Made by a program: the position numbers and the translations under genes. From Candidatus Poribacteria bacterium (GTDB taxonomy: Bacteria; Poribacteria; WGA-4E; JAJDTR01): a stretch of 64,000 bases of DNA. Shown here piece after piece: positions 9,778-19,439 of this stretch (positions are counted from its first letter, which is position 1; each line of letters opens with the position of its first letter). The DNA lies in contig CBDCTK010000002.1 in NCBI GenBank assembly GCA_965222225.1, positions 4,640,001 to 4,704,000 on the forward strand. Reading direction: 5' to 3'. The notes under the pieces were generated by a model. That model was not told the origin of the DNA and did no database searches. It saw only the letters and a list, made by a program, of their open reading frames with translations.

Positions 9778-9966
9778 AGTACTATAGGGCATGCGTTGAC
9801 TTTAGTGCGCAATTATATATAGCTTCGTCTGTTTTCGGTGTCATGTTCACAGGTTTCGACATGTCAATCTTCGAGATTTGTCGCTGGTAGTTGTTTGAAT
9901 GCTACATTGGCCTTATTGCTTTTTCACCTGACAAGCTGGAAACACTCCGCATCGCAGAGGAGAAGA

Positions 9967-9992
9967 AATCGCGACCGGGAGATCGCTCCTAC
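9967..9992 (-). repeat. GTAG-type REP-like element
   Basis: Minus strand reads GTAGGAGCGATC-TCCC-GGTCGCGATT: GTAG followed by an imperfect hairpin. Confidence 0.5.
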
Positions 9993-10164
9993 AGGGACCT
10001 ACACCTGCGAAGAGAAGATGGGGAATCTGCGATCTGATGATTGAAGATAGATCTCTATCGCGCTCCCTATTCAGTCGCTTGAAGGGATCTCTATCGAACT
10101 CGCTATCCGCACCCTTGATCCTCTAGAATCAGGTAGGATTGTCCTGTCGGCAGCGCTTTAGGGC

Positions 10165-10194
10165 TTGTAAATTGTTTAGTGGAGAGAATATAAT
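10165..10194 (+). promoter_or_regulatory. Sigma70-like promoter for the MoxR/vWA operon
   Basis: TTGTAA-18 nt-TATAAT, 84 nt before ATG 10279 (AAAGGAG RBS). Confidence 0.5.
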
Positions 10195-10278
10195 ACGTGC
10201 AGTTTTCTTGTCGCATGCTGAATGGTCGATCCCTTGTTGCTATTCCTTCCAATGCTTCACATCTAAAGGAGCGTTTTC

Positions 10279-11664
10279 ATGAATATCGCAAATAGAGCAA
10301 TTCGTGAGTTCCGAATTAAAATGGCTGCTTTGTTAATCCTCAGGAAAGTACTTTTCGTTGCAACTGTGTGGGGGCTTCTCTGGGGAACGGTTGTTATTGT
10401 GTTGCGAGCCGCTATCGGAATGCCTCGCTCGACGCTACTCGCAGGTGGAATCGCGCTGATACTTGCCGTAGGCTGGGCAGTCGTAGCAGCGTGGCGTCAG
10501 CTGCCGGGACGAACCGCCGTGCGCGCTAGTCTTGACAAACACAGTGATTCCGGCGGGTTGATGATGGCAGCGGAAACAGCCGATTTGGGCAGCTGGACGA
10601 ACTTGTTATCGCCGGTTCGCCCACCTCGCCTGCGTTGGCGCGGTAAGGTCTCTTGGGCGCGCTTTGCTGGCGCCGTCCTATTCGTTTGCATCAGCTTTCT
10701 CATTCCGGAGCGTTTTGTTGAAATCTCTAGGGCGCAACCACTCGACATTCGGGAGGAAGTAAACCAATTAGCAGCAGGGATTGATGTTCTCAAGGAGGAG
10801 GAGATAATTGAGTTAACTCAGGCTGAAACGCTGGAAGAAAAACTCGCCGAGGTTCAAGCGGAAGCATCAGGCGAAGATCCGGTCAAGACTTGGGAAGCGT
10901 TAGACCATTTGACAGACCTCCTTTCCCAAGAATCAAAGGAAGCCGCCGAAGATGCCTTGGCTGCCACCGAGCACCTAACCGAAGCAGAAACCCTTGCCGA
11001 AGCGCTCATCAATGAAGGCTCTGAGATGGATACAGGGCTTTTGGCGGAGTCTATGATGGCGTTGTCCGGATTGGTTCAGGAAGCCGCCAAAGAGGACGCG
11101 CTGCTCGCATCACAACTTCCCGAATTAGAAGACGATCTAAGTTCACTAACCCCCGAACAACTCAAGGCAATTTCCGCTGCGCTTCGTCTCTCCAAAGGAG
11201 ATATATCTGACCGGTTGGCGAATCTGAACAAGGTCAACTTGATTGAGTTGGATACGCTGAAAGCCTGCGAGAAGCTAGGACAATGTAACAGTGAAGGGCT
11301 TGCGGCGTTTCTCGCCGAGAACTCGGAAAAAATGGCGGTGTCGGAAGGTGTCGGTTTGTGGTGTCGAAATGCGCTTGGTGCCATCAACCGTGGTCCGGGT
11401 CATGTGCCCATGGTATGGAGCGAGGGTACTTCTGCCGACGGCGCGAAGTTCAAAGCGGAAGTTCTTCCGCTCTCCAACATCGCATCCTTAGAGGACAGTG
11501 AAGTAATAGGGCTTAGTAGTGCTGCCCCAACGGTTGAGAAATCTGGTGTTACACCTCGATCGGGCGGGCTAAACGGCGCAACTGCTGGCGGTGGATCCTC
11601 TTTCACCCAAACAGTTCTCCCTCGTCATAAAGGCGCGGTTAAGCGGTATTTTGAAAGACCGTGA
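10279..11664 (+). CDS. Membrane-anchored acidic coiled-coil protein typical of MoxR/vWA operons
   Basis: Three N-terminal TM segments, a long Glu/Ala/Leu-rich helical region, a Gly-rich tail and C-terminal LPRHKGAVKRYF motif. Confidence 0.75.
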   Translation: MNIANRAIREFRIKMAALLILRKVLFVATVWGLLWGTVVIVLRAAIGMPRSTLLAGGIALILAVGWAVVAAWRQLPGRTAVRASLDKHSDSGGLMMAAETADLGSWTNLLSPVRPPRLRWRGKVSWARFAGAVLFVCISFLIPERFVEISRAQPLDIREEVNQLAAGIDVLKEEEIIELTQAETLEEKLAEVQAEASGEDPVKTWEALDHLTDLLSQESKEAAEDALAATEHLTEAETLAEALINEGSEMDTGLLAESMMALSGLVQEAAKEDALLASQLPELEDDLSSLTPEQLKAISAALRLSKGDISDRLANLNKVNLIELDTLKACEKLGQCNSEGLAAFLAENSEKMAVSEGVGLWCRNALGAINRGPGHVPMVWSEGTSADGAKFKAEVLPLSNIASLEDSEVIGLSSAAPTVEKSGVTPRSGGLNGATAGGGSSFTQTVLPRHKGAVKRYFERP

Positions 11665-11671
11665 TGACCAT

Positions 11672-11745
11672 CATAATTGGTATGAAGTTCACGGAATTAG
11701 CGGAAGAAACATGAATATCTAAGATTCTTGGACGAAAAGTTGTGA
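11672..11745 (+). pseudogene. 3' remnant of a small 'WYExHGI' protein, the usual upstream partner of the next gene
   Basis: Reads HNWYEVHGI, then after a frameshift RKKHEYLRFLDEKL*. Its TGA overlaps the GTG of 11742 (GTGA). Confidence 0.45.
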
Positions 11746-11960
11746 AGAAATCTGAATTTTCACTTTGTATCGAAGACGTTGATTGCGACGGCCTTGAAAA
11801 GAGGAAGTTTTACCAGATTTTGCCTGACGAAGAGGCTACTCAAGAAGGGCATCTGAGAGTTGTAGACGAATCCGGAGAGGACTGCTTGTACCCCGAATCA
11901 TTTTTCATTTTCATTGAACTGCCTACCCGTGCACAAGAAGTGCTAATAACAGTAATTTAA
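11742..11960 (+). CDS. Small acidic conserved hypothetical protein (toxin-antitoxin-like pair member)
   Basis: LEKRKFYQILPD...LRVVDESGEDCLYP resembles a widespread ~70-aa family (RVxDESGEDYLYP), recalled from memory. Confidence 0.65.
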   Translation: MKKSEFSLCIEDVDCDGLEKRKFYQILPDEEATQEGHLRVVDESGEDCLYPESFFIFIELPTRAQEVLITVI

Positions 11961-12140
11961 GATCGTGTGCGTCTAACGACGCGCGCAAAAAATATCGTCT
12001 TATGATGAAATCAAGTGCCTATTCTTGCACGAAGAGATTGTGCTCTTAATGCTCGACAATGGAAAAGCCACCCTAGCAGCGAACCATCCTTTATGATAGG
12101 AATATCATTGCACGCGCGCACATCTTAACGCGCACGATCT
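11960..12140. repeat. Degenerate long inverted repeat (MITE-like)
   Basis: AGATCGTGTGCGT... vs ...ACGCGCACGATCT (12/13). Gapped complementarity continues inward for about 50 bp through the TAA, CGCGCG, CAA and ATAT blocks. Confidence 0.5.
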
Positions 12141-12298
12141 GGTTCTACGAAACATCTTTGAAGAAATGGCTTTGAAGATGTCACGAATCACTTACCTTTA
12201 GACACGGGCAACCTCCCCCTGCTCCTTCACAACCGAAGATTAAAGACCCCGCTTTCGGTTTGTGTAGTCAAGTCCTATACGGTCACACCTAGTCTATT

Positions 12299-13352
12299 AT
12301 GGCAAGCAAGGATCAACGCGAAAAACTTCTCCAGCCTGATGAACTTCAACCCGCAGTTGAACTTACGTCGAAGGTACATGCGGAATTGGACCGTATCCTT
12401 ATCGGTCGATCCGAGCTACACCGCATGGTGCTCGTAGGAATCCTGAGTCAGGGACACATCCTGCTTGAAGGCGTGCCAGGTGTCGGCAAAACCGCTCTTG
12501 TGAAGGCGATCGGACAACTGCTGAGTCTCGACTTCAATCGAGTGCAGTTTACCCCCGACCTGATGCCCGGCGATATCGTGGGAACACATATCCTTCAGCA
12601 AACTCCAGAGGGGGAACGGGAAATGGCTTTCCAACCGGGGCCCCGTGTTCACCAACATTCTGTTAGCCGATGAGATAAACCGCGCTTCTCCAAAGACTCA
12701 ATCCGCACTACTTGAGGCAATGCAAGAACGTTCCGTGACCCTCCTTGGAAATACTCGCTCCCTCCCCAACCCTTTTTTTGTTCTAGCTTCTCAGAACCCG
12801 ATCGAATTAGAGGGAACATATCCGCTCCCGGAGGCACAGTTAGATCGATTTCTGTTCAAACTAATTGTGCCGAACGCGGACGTGGACGTGCTTGACGATA
12901 TCATCTCGACTCGCCGCCGCGGGGAACCACCTGTGCCCACATGGTCAATCAGCGCGGAGCAACTCCGTCACCTGTTTGACGTGATGGAAAGGATTTACCT
13001 TCCCAAGCCGGTGTCGCGCTACATTTCTCGTTTGGCGGCGTCTACCCATCCGAATGCGCCAGAAACCACCGAGGATATCAACAAATATGTTGCATACGCC
13101 GCATCGCCACGCGCGGCGATAGCTATGGCGGAGGCATCACGCGCATCTGCATTGCTTTCCGGTCGCCCTACCGTGGGCTTCGAGGATGTGAAGGCGGTAG
13201 CGGCGTCCGTGTTGAACCATCGAGTAATTCTCAATTACCAAGCCCGTTTTGATGGCGTGGATACATTCTCCGTAGTCAATGGTCTTCTCACGGTTCTTGA
13301 CGAAGCAGATCTCAATTTGCCTGATGACCTTGAGGTTCATTCAGCCTCATGA
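12299..13352 (+). CDS. moxR: MoxR-family AAA+ ATPase; apparent frameshift at the C4 run 12641-12644
   Basis: Walker [24 protein letters not shown], Walker [30 protein letters not shown] and SPRA. Removing one C joins PGP-VFTN (about 350 aa). Confidence 0.92.
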
Positions 13353-13529
13353 CATCACTGTTATGGAATAAGTTTTCCACAGTTCCTTTTCGAATTGAGG
13401 GATTTTCCAAGCCGATTTGACCACACGTTGGCGCAATTGCCTTGATGTTACGGGATTCTGTTTCTCCCTGCACAACCTTTCACTGATCTAACCGAATTTC
13501 CGATCACATATCGTGGTTTAGGAGGCAAA

Positions 13530-15659
13530 ATGAGTTCCGTTCTAATCCGTTCTATCCCTGCTCTAATTGCCATTACACTGTGCTGTGCTGCTACCAACGG
13601 CTACGCGACGACGCGAATTGGCGACATCACGATTACGCCCGGGGTTAGTCCAAGTGGTAACAGTGACCACGGATATGCGGAATACAGGATTTCTGTATCG
13701 AATCACTCGCCGGACAAGATGCACGTAGTGACCCTGATATTACCGGATAACAGTTTTAACATTGACCCAAATCGTATCCGTGACATCACGCGCTCAGTCG
13801 TCGTTGGCCCAAACGCCGCTGCTCACGTTTCTCTATTCCAGCCTCCTGTACCCTTGCCCGGAAATGACTTGGCAGTTGCTATTGATGGTCAAAGCCAAAG
13901 AAAAGAGGTCCCATTATCTCTCGGCAACCATGCACCTGATACGTCGCACTCGTTTGCTAGACATATTGTGCTAGGAGCTATGGGCTTCACAACACTTCCG
14001 TTGTCTTTGCAGGTTCTGGTGAGTCGAAACGTGGACACCTCGGAGCTGCACACGCATGCGGGAACACTAGTAAACACTATTCCTTCTATGGGCGGTTTCA
14101 GCGTTTCTACCTCGGCACCCGGATCTTTTGTTACCAGTAGTAGCAGTTCAAGCTCATCTGGTTCAGCCTCCTACGAACTCATCGATTTAGGATTTCCCGT
14201 GTCGGCGTGGAGCACGGACTGGCTCGGTTTTTCTCGTTACGATGGCGTTGTCGTCACTGAAGAGGATATCCGGCAAATGCCGGCGGCTGTTCAATCCGCC
14301 CTTTGGCAGTATGTGGAATGCGGCGGTGCACTGCTGGTGTTGGGCGGCGACAATCTTCCCGAAAACTGGATTTCAAGAATCGAGATTCCAGACAAATCCG
14401 CTGGTATCGCTAACAGCCGCGTCGGATTCGGCGAATGTATCGTTAGCGCGGAGATGAATACAAGTAGTTTGAATCAGACGCAGTGGCGACAAATCGTGCA
14501 TTCTTGGGTAAAAACCGCGACTCCTTGGCAAGTCCAACTCTCGGTTGCGGAAGCCAATAATCGGTTTCCCGTGGTGAGCGATTTCGGTGTTCCTGTACGG
14601 GGATTGTTCCTGTTGATGCTTGTATTCGCGATCGTGATTGGGCCGGTAAACCTCATCGTGCTCTCACGCAAAAAGCGGCGCATTTGGATGTTGTGGACCG
14701 TCCCGGTTATTTCAATGACAACTTGTTTTGCGGTGTTCCTCTATGCAACATTTGCCGAAGGATGGAATCGATATATCCGGACAGAAGGTCTAACGATTTT
14801 AGACCAAAGAAGTAACCGCGCCACAAGCATAGGTTTGACAGCTTTTTATTCGGCTTTGACTCCCGGTGACGGATTGCACTTTGGCTACCAGACAGAACTT
14901 ACACCCCAAATCTTCGATGCCACACCTATCCCCCGAACCGTTGACTGGACGCACGACCAGCACCTGGGACGCGGTTGGATTGCTGCACGTGTTCCAGCGC
15001 ATTTCAAAGTACGCAAGACCGAGGTGCGGCGTGAGCGTGTCACTGTCAGAAGAGGCGAGGGTGCACGTCTAAACATCGTCAATGGCCTCGGCGCCGATAT
15101 TGACCAGTTTTGGCTGGCAGACACTGACGGCACAATATACTTTGGGAGGAGCATTTCTGCCGGATCCGAGGCGGAATTGGAGCCACGTCAAGAAATGCAG
15201 CCCCGTAGCCTTGGTGGGACAGACGAAATTTTCGATCTCAACCTTTGGGATCCCGCCATAAATGCAGAGTTGGATAAGGGGAACATTTCACCGACATTGA
15301 AAGATGAGATGATAATGCACGGCGCGCTACTCTCGGATGACATCATTGTATCGGTTCAAAATCCCGGTCATGAGTGGCAACTAACGGATAAGGTTTGGGA
15401 GCGCAACTATACCATTAAAGCGAACGCATCTACGCGACAGCTAAAAATCCATGCGGAGATTATCGGCCTGCGCGGAATATTCGCCTCTGAAGATTGGATA
15501 GGAAATATCAATCGTCTCAAAACAGAACCCGAGAACTTCCTCAGTTCGGGATGTTACATAGCTACCTTGAACGCATCGCCTTTTATAGAAGACGGACTGC
15601 GCAAGACGACGGAGAAGAGCTGTAGCTCGATTGTTTACGGCATCCTAAACGAGGACTAG
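13530..15659 (+). CDS. Signal-peptide-bearing membrane protein with a class I glutamine-amidotransferase-like periplasmic domain
   Basis: N-terminal signal peptide, Ser-rich linker, YDGVVV...LWQYVECGGALLVLG, and TM hairpin IGPVNLIVLSRKKRRIWMLWTVP typical of MoxR-operon genes. Confidence 0.7.
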   Translation: MSSVLIRSIPALIAITLCCAATNGYATTRIGDITITPGVSPSGNSDHGYAEYRISVSNHSPDKMHVVTLILPDNSFNIDPNRIRDITRSVVVGPNAAAHVSLFQPPVPLPGNDLAVAIDGQSQRKEVPLSLGNHAPDTSHSFARHIVLGAMGFTTLPLSLQVLVSRNVDTSELHTHAGTLVNTIPSMGGFSVSTSAPGSFVTSSSSSSSSGSASYELIDLGFPVSAWSTDWLGFSRYDGVVVTEEDIRQMPAAVQSALWQYVECGGALLVLGGDNLPENWISRIEIPDKSAGIANSRVGFGECIVSAEMNTSSLNQTQWRQIVHSWVKTATPWQVQLSVAEANNRFPVVSDFGVPVRGLFLLMLVFAIVIGPVNLIVLSRKKRRIWMLWTVPVISMTTCFAVFLYATFAEGWNRYIRTEGLTILDQRSNRATSIGLTAFYSALTPGDGLHFGYQTELTPQIFDATPIPRTVDWTHDQHLGRGWIAARVPAHFKVRKTEVRRERVTVRRGEGARLNIVNGLGADIDQFWLADTDGTIYFGRSISAGSEAELEPRQEMQPRSLGGTDEIFDLNLWDPAINAELDKGNISPTLKDEMIMHGALLSDDIIVSVQNPGHEWQLTDKVWERNYTIKANASTRQLKIHAEIIGLRGIFASEDWIGNINRLKTEPENFLSSGCYIATLNASPFIEDGLRKTTEKSCSSIVYGILNED

Positions 15660-15840
15660 TGAGGGCATCTTTGTAGGGCGTCCCAATGATGTGAAACACC
15701 ACGGACCACCCCAAGAGAAACAGAGTTGTCCATCTAAATTGTCTTCCATTAAGGATTACTCGCTACTAGCGCAAGCAGGGATCGATTGCCGCACCGTAAC
15801 GAATAAGAAGACCGGTTTTATTGAATCATAAACCCATACT

Positions 15841-16770
15841 ATGCAAGTCAACATTAAACATCTCGTCAAAGACTTCGGCACAACGCGAGCGGTTGACGAC
15901 ATCTCTTTCACTTTTTCGTCGGGACACATCTTCGGATTTGTCGGTCCAAACGGCGCGGGCAAAACGACAACGATGAGAATCCTGGCAACTCTTGATGAGC
16001 CGACAAGTGGGGATGCGACAATTGATGATGTCTCGATTGTGGAATCACCAGAAACTGCGCGCGAGCTAATCGGATACATGCCCGACTCTCTGCCTGCGCA
16101 CCGCGATATGTCTGTGCATGACTACTTGGACTTCTTCGCACGCGCTTACGGACTAGCTGGAAAACAACGCCGGCAAGTGGTCGATAGCGTTGAAAACTTC
16201 ACAAATCTTACCGGCATTCGGGAAAAAACCCTGCATGCGCTCTCAAAGGGAATGAAACAGCGAGTTAGCCTTGCCAGAGCGCTGCTCCACGATCCGCCAG
16301 TGTTAGTGATGGACGAGCCCGCCGCCGGACTGGATCCACGCGCACGAGTCGAACTGCGGGAATTACTTAGGGTACTGTCTGAGCAAGGGAAAGCCATTTT
16401 GATTAGCTCACATATTCTTACCGAACTGTCGGAAATCTGCGATGGCGCCGTAATTATAGAACAGGGCAAGATCGTCACTGCCGGGACATTGCACGAGATC
16501 GCTTCATCTGATACTGAACAACGAACCGTGTTGATTCGACCTCTTGAGCGGCAAGACGACCTGCGCAGGGCATTGCTGCTAATGCCGCATGTCGCAGCCG
16601 TGAACCAGCTGGGTGATGAGATTGAGGCAAAAGTCGCCGGCTCGGAGGAAATCTGCAGCGAACTACTCGAAAACCTAATTCGAGATGGGTTCCGTATCGT
16701 TGAGTTCAAACAGCAGGGCGGCGATTTGGAATCCGTGTTTATGACTGTAACCAAAGGAGAGGTACAATGA
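15841..16770 (+). CDS. ABC transporter ATP-binding protein (ABC-2/exporter type)
   Basis: GPNGAGKTT, LSKGMKQR, VMDEP and SSH motifs. Confidence 0.95.
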   Translation: MQVNIKHLVKDFGTTRAVDDISFTFSSGHIFGFVGPNGAGKTTTMRILATLDEPTSGDATIDDVSIVESPETARELIGYMPDSLPAHRDMSVHDYLDFFARAYGLAGKQRRQVVDSVENFTNLTGIREKTLHALSKGMKQRVSLARALLHDPPVLVMDEPAAGLDPRARVELRELLRVLSEQGKAILISSHILTELSEICDGAVIIEQGKIVTAGTLHEIASSDTEQRTVLIRPLERQDDLRRALLLMPHVAAVNQLGDEIEAKVAGSEEICSELLENLIRDGFRIVEFKQQGGDLESVFMTVTKGEVQ

Positions 16771-18281
16771 AATTCGTTGCAGATGTCCTTGAAAACGTCA
16801 GCAATACTCTCAATCCCATCGTTATCAAGGAGTTACGACAAGCATCGCAAGGAAAATTTCTGGCTGTTGTGTTGTTAATCTTTCTCGGTATTCAACTGCT
16901 GACCGTGGGGTTATTCCTGACAAATGAGTCCGTTTCATGGTCCTTTGATGCAGGGCGGAATATTTTTAAAACCCTGGCAAGTATGTTACTGGTCATATGC
17001 CTGATTTTGGTACCCGGTTATACCGGCCTCCGGTTGGCGATTGAACGCTCGGACGCCAACGTTGACCTTCTGTTTATTACGACGCTCCGTCCACGATCTA
17101 TCATCTGGGGAAAATTCTTTGCCGCTCTGGTTTTCACTGCTCTTCTCTATAGCGTTTGCATGCCGTTCATTACATTGACGTATTTGCTGCGGGGCATAGA
17201 TTTACCATCTATTTTTGTTTTGCTCGCTCTGAATTTCATCGTGATCTCTATAGCTATCCAGTGCACTATTCTCCTCGGTTGTCTTCCTGCGAATCGGGTA
17301 TTTAAGATTATTCTCGGACTAGGATGGTTCTTCCTTATAATTGCCTTCATTCCTTGGCACATTGCATTAACAACAATTGTCCCAGGCGTCAATCTTCTTG
17401 ACCGTGGAGTCGGAAGTCAGATTGGGTCGTGGGAATTCTTGGCGGTTGCCTTGGGTGTACTAGTCACGGGATCGGCTTGCATTGGACTACTTGCCAAGTT
17501 GGCTATCGCGCTAATTAGCCCTTTATCCGCGAATCGTGCGCTGCCTGTACGGATTTACGTCACGGTAGTCTGGCTCGTCACCGGGATCGGCGCCGCCATC
17601 TGGAGTGTCGCTACCGGCGTTGCTGCACCTATCGGGATTTGTGCATCAGTTCATGTCCTCCTGCAATGCATCGGTCTCTTTATCGCCGTAAGCGAAAGAG
17701 AGTCGTTGGGGCGGCGGGTGCGCCAAAGTATTCCACGAACACGGTTGATACGTCCGCTTGCTTTCCTCTTCTACAGCGGTGCGGGTGGCGGAGTGGCGTG
17801 GTCGTCCTTGATGATGATTTTGACCTTACTGTTTGTGGCAATATTGTCAGGCGTTTTCCCGCATATATGGAGCGGGAATGAATTCGAAGAATTCATGACT
17901 TGCATGGTAGCTCTAGGGATGTTCGCGTTAAGTTATGTGCTGGCGGCGTCGTTTATCAGACGACGCGTCTTGGCAAACCGAGTTGCTGGTTGTCACACTT
18001 GGTTGATTGCGTTGGTGCTGATAGGTTTTGCAACCACCTTAATTCCACTGATTCTATTCCTTCTCTCCGGAACATGGGATAAAGGATGGCTTATCGGTAG
18101 CCCAAACGGTCCCTTAGTGTTTTCCGTCAATGGGGATTCCGAGCTCTTGAGTGGAAGCGCTCAACTCGCCAGTGTTTTCGCGGTGTTCATCGGCGCTCTT
18201 AACTTGCCGTGGTTTATAAGGCAGATTATCAACTTTCACCCTCCGAGGCAGGAAACCACAGTCGGTCCGCAAACAGATTAG
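16767..18281 (+). CDS. ABC-2-type permease-like membrane protein
   Basis: ATGA overlap with the ATPase. NPIVIKELRQ and ERxxxxxDLLFITTLRPRSIIWGKF motifs, about 12 TM segments. Confidence 0.85.
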   Translation: MKFVADVLENVSNTLNPIVIKELRQASQGKFLAVVLLIFLGIQLLTVGLFLTNESVSWSFDAGRNIFKTLASMLLVICLILVPGYTGLRLAIERSDANVDLLFITTLRPRSIIWGKFFAALVFTALLYSVCMPFITLTYLLRGIDLPSIFVLLALNFIVISIAIQCTILLGCLPANRVFKIILGLGWFFLIIAFIPWHIALTTIVPGVNLLDRGVGSQIGSWEFLAVALGVLVTGSACIGLLAKLAIALISPLSANRALPVRIYVTVVWLVTGIGAAIWSVATGVAAPIGICASVHVLLQCIGLFIAVSERESLGRRVRQSIPRTRLIRPLAFLFYSGAGGGVAWSSLMMILTLLFVAILSGVFPHIWSGNEFEEFMTCMVALGMFALSYVLAASFIRRRVLANRVAGCHTWLIALVLIGFATTLIPLILFLLSGTWDKGWLIGSPNGPLVFSVNGDSELLSGSAQLASVFAVFIGALNLPWFIRQIINFHPPRQETTVGPQTD

Positions 18282-18492
18282 GCAACTTGGCAACCCGTGC
18301 GGTAGACAATGATGATATAGTCTTCGGCTTGACGCTTGCAAGATTCTGGCTCATACAAAGATGTTTCACCGGCTAGATAACACTTTGGAAAACGCCGAGT
18401 GGAATGACATTCAATATTTTCGTTCTTCAATTACCGACTGATTCACGTTCTGTATCAGTTGACGAACGCATTAAGTTATTCATTATCTTCAG

Positions 18493-19365
18493 ATGAACGA
18501 AGCTTATCGCCAATACCTCATAGACGGTGAACGTGCCGGAGCACGATACGCATTGGCATCACCACGGAACGTCCCTTTTGGCGCCTCGGGCAATCAGATG
18601 AGTAAGCGCCCGGAGAGTTCACTAGAGTTCATCGATCACCGTGAATATCAACCGGGCGACGATCTGAGACGAATCGACTGGGGAGGGTTCGCCAGGAGCG
18701 ACAAATTGACGGTAAAATTATACCGGGACGAAGTTAGTCCGCACGTAGATATCGTAATCGACGGCTCATGCTCCATGGCGCTTGAGAACAGCCCCAAAAC
18801 ACAAGCTACTCTCGGGCTTGCGGCGGTCTTTGCTATGGCGGCATCAAACGTCGGGTACTCCCACGCCGCATGGATGGCAGGAGATGGGTTTCGGCAGATA
18901 GAAAACGGCACCAACCGAGCGTCAATTTGGGAAGGAATTGACTTCGATTACCGTGGAGACCTCTTGGCTTCATTCGCTAGACTACCCCCGTCTTGGCGTC
19001 CTTATGGGTTACGCGTGTTGCTCAGTGACCTGCTCTTCCCGGGTGACCCGTTAGCAACGATGTCCCGTTTTGCCGAACGTGCTACGGCAGGAGTCGTCGT
19101 GCAGATTTTGGCAGAGGCGGACGCCAATCCAATGGAACGCGGCAACATCCGGTTGGTGGATTCGGAAACGGACGATGCCCAGGAGATTTTCGTGGATGCC
19201 GGGGCCGAGAGCCGTTATCGCGTGGCACTTGCCCAACATCAGGAGAATTGGCATCGTGCGGCAAAGCAAGCCGGCGCGGCTATGACGACAGTAGTCGCGG
19301 AACACATTCTTGGCGATTGGCGGCTTGAGGCATTGGTTGTAGATGAAATACTCAAGATAACATGA
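18493..19365 (+). CDS. DUF58 domain (vWA-like) MoxR partner
   Basis: SLEFIDHREYQPGDDLRRIDW, MIDAS-like DGSCSM, LSD and LVDSET motifs. Confidence 0.92.
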   Translation: MNEAYRQYLIDGERAGARYALASPRNVPFGASGNQMSKRPESSLEFIDHREYQPGDDLRRIDWGGFARSDKLTVKLYRDEVSPHVDIVIDGSCSMALENSPKTQATLGLAAVFAMAASNVGYSHAAWMAGDGFRQIENGTNRASIWEGIDFDYRGDLLASFARLPPSWRPYGLRVLLSDLLFPGDPLATMSRFAERATAGVVVQILAEADANPMERGNIRLVDSETDDAQEIFVDAGAESRYRVALAQHQENWHRAAKQAGAAMTTVVAEHILGDWRLEALVVDEILKIT

Positions 19366-19388
19366 ACCGAGGTTGATGTATCCCTGTC

Positions 19389-19424
19389 ACAATATTTGGG
19401 ATCGATTGTCATCCCAAATATTGT
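19389..19424. promoter_or_regulatory. Perfect 14-bp stem-loop abutting the RBS of the giant TPR gene
   Basis: ACAATATTTGGGAT-CGATTGTC-ATCCCAAATATTGT followed directly by AAAGGAGG. Confidence 0.55.
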
Positions 19425-19439
19425 AAAGGAGGTTCCCCC

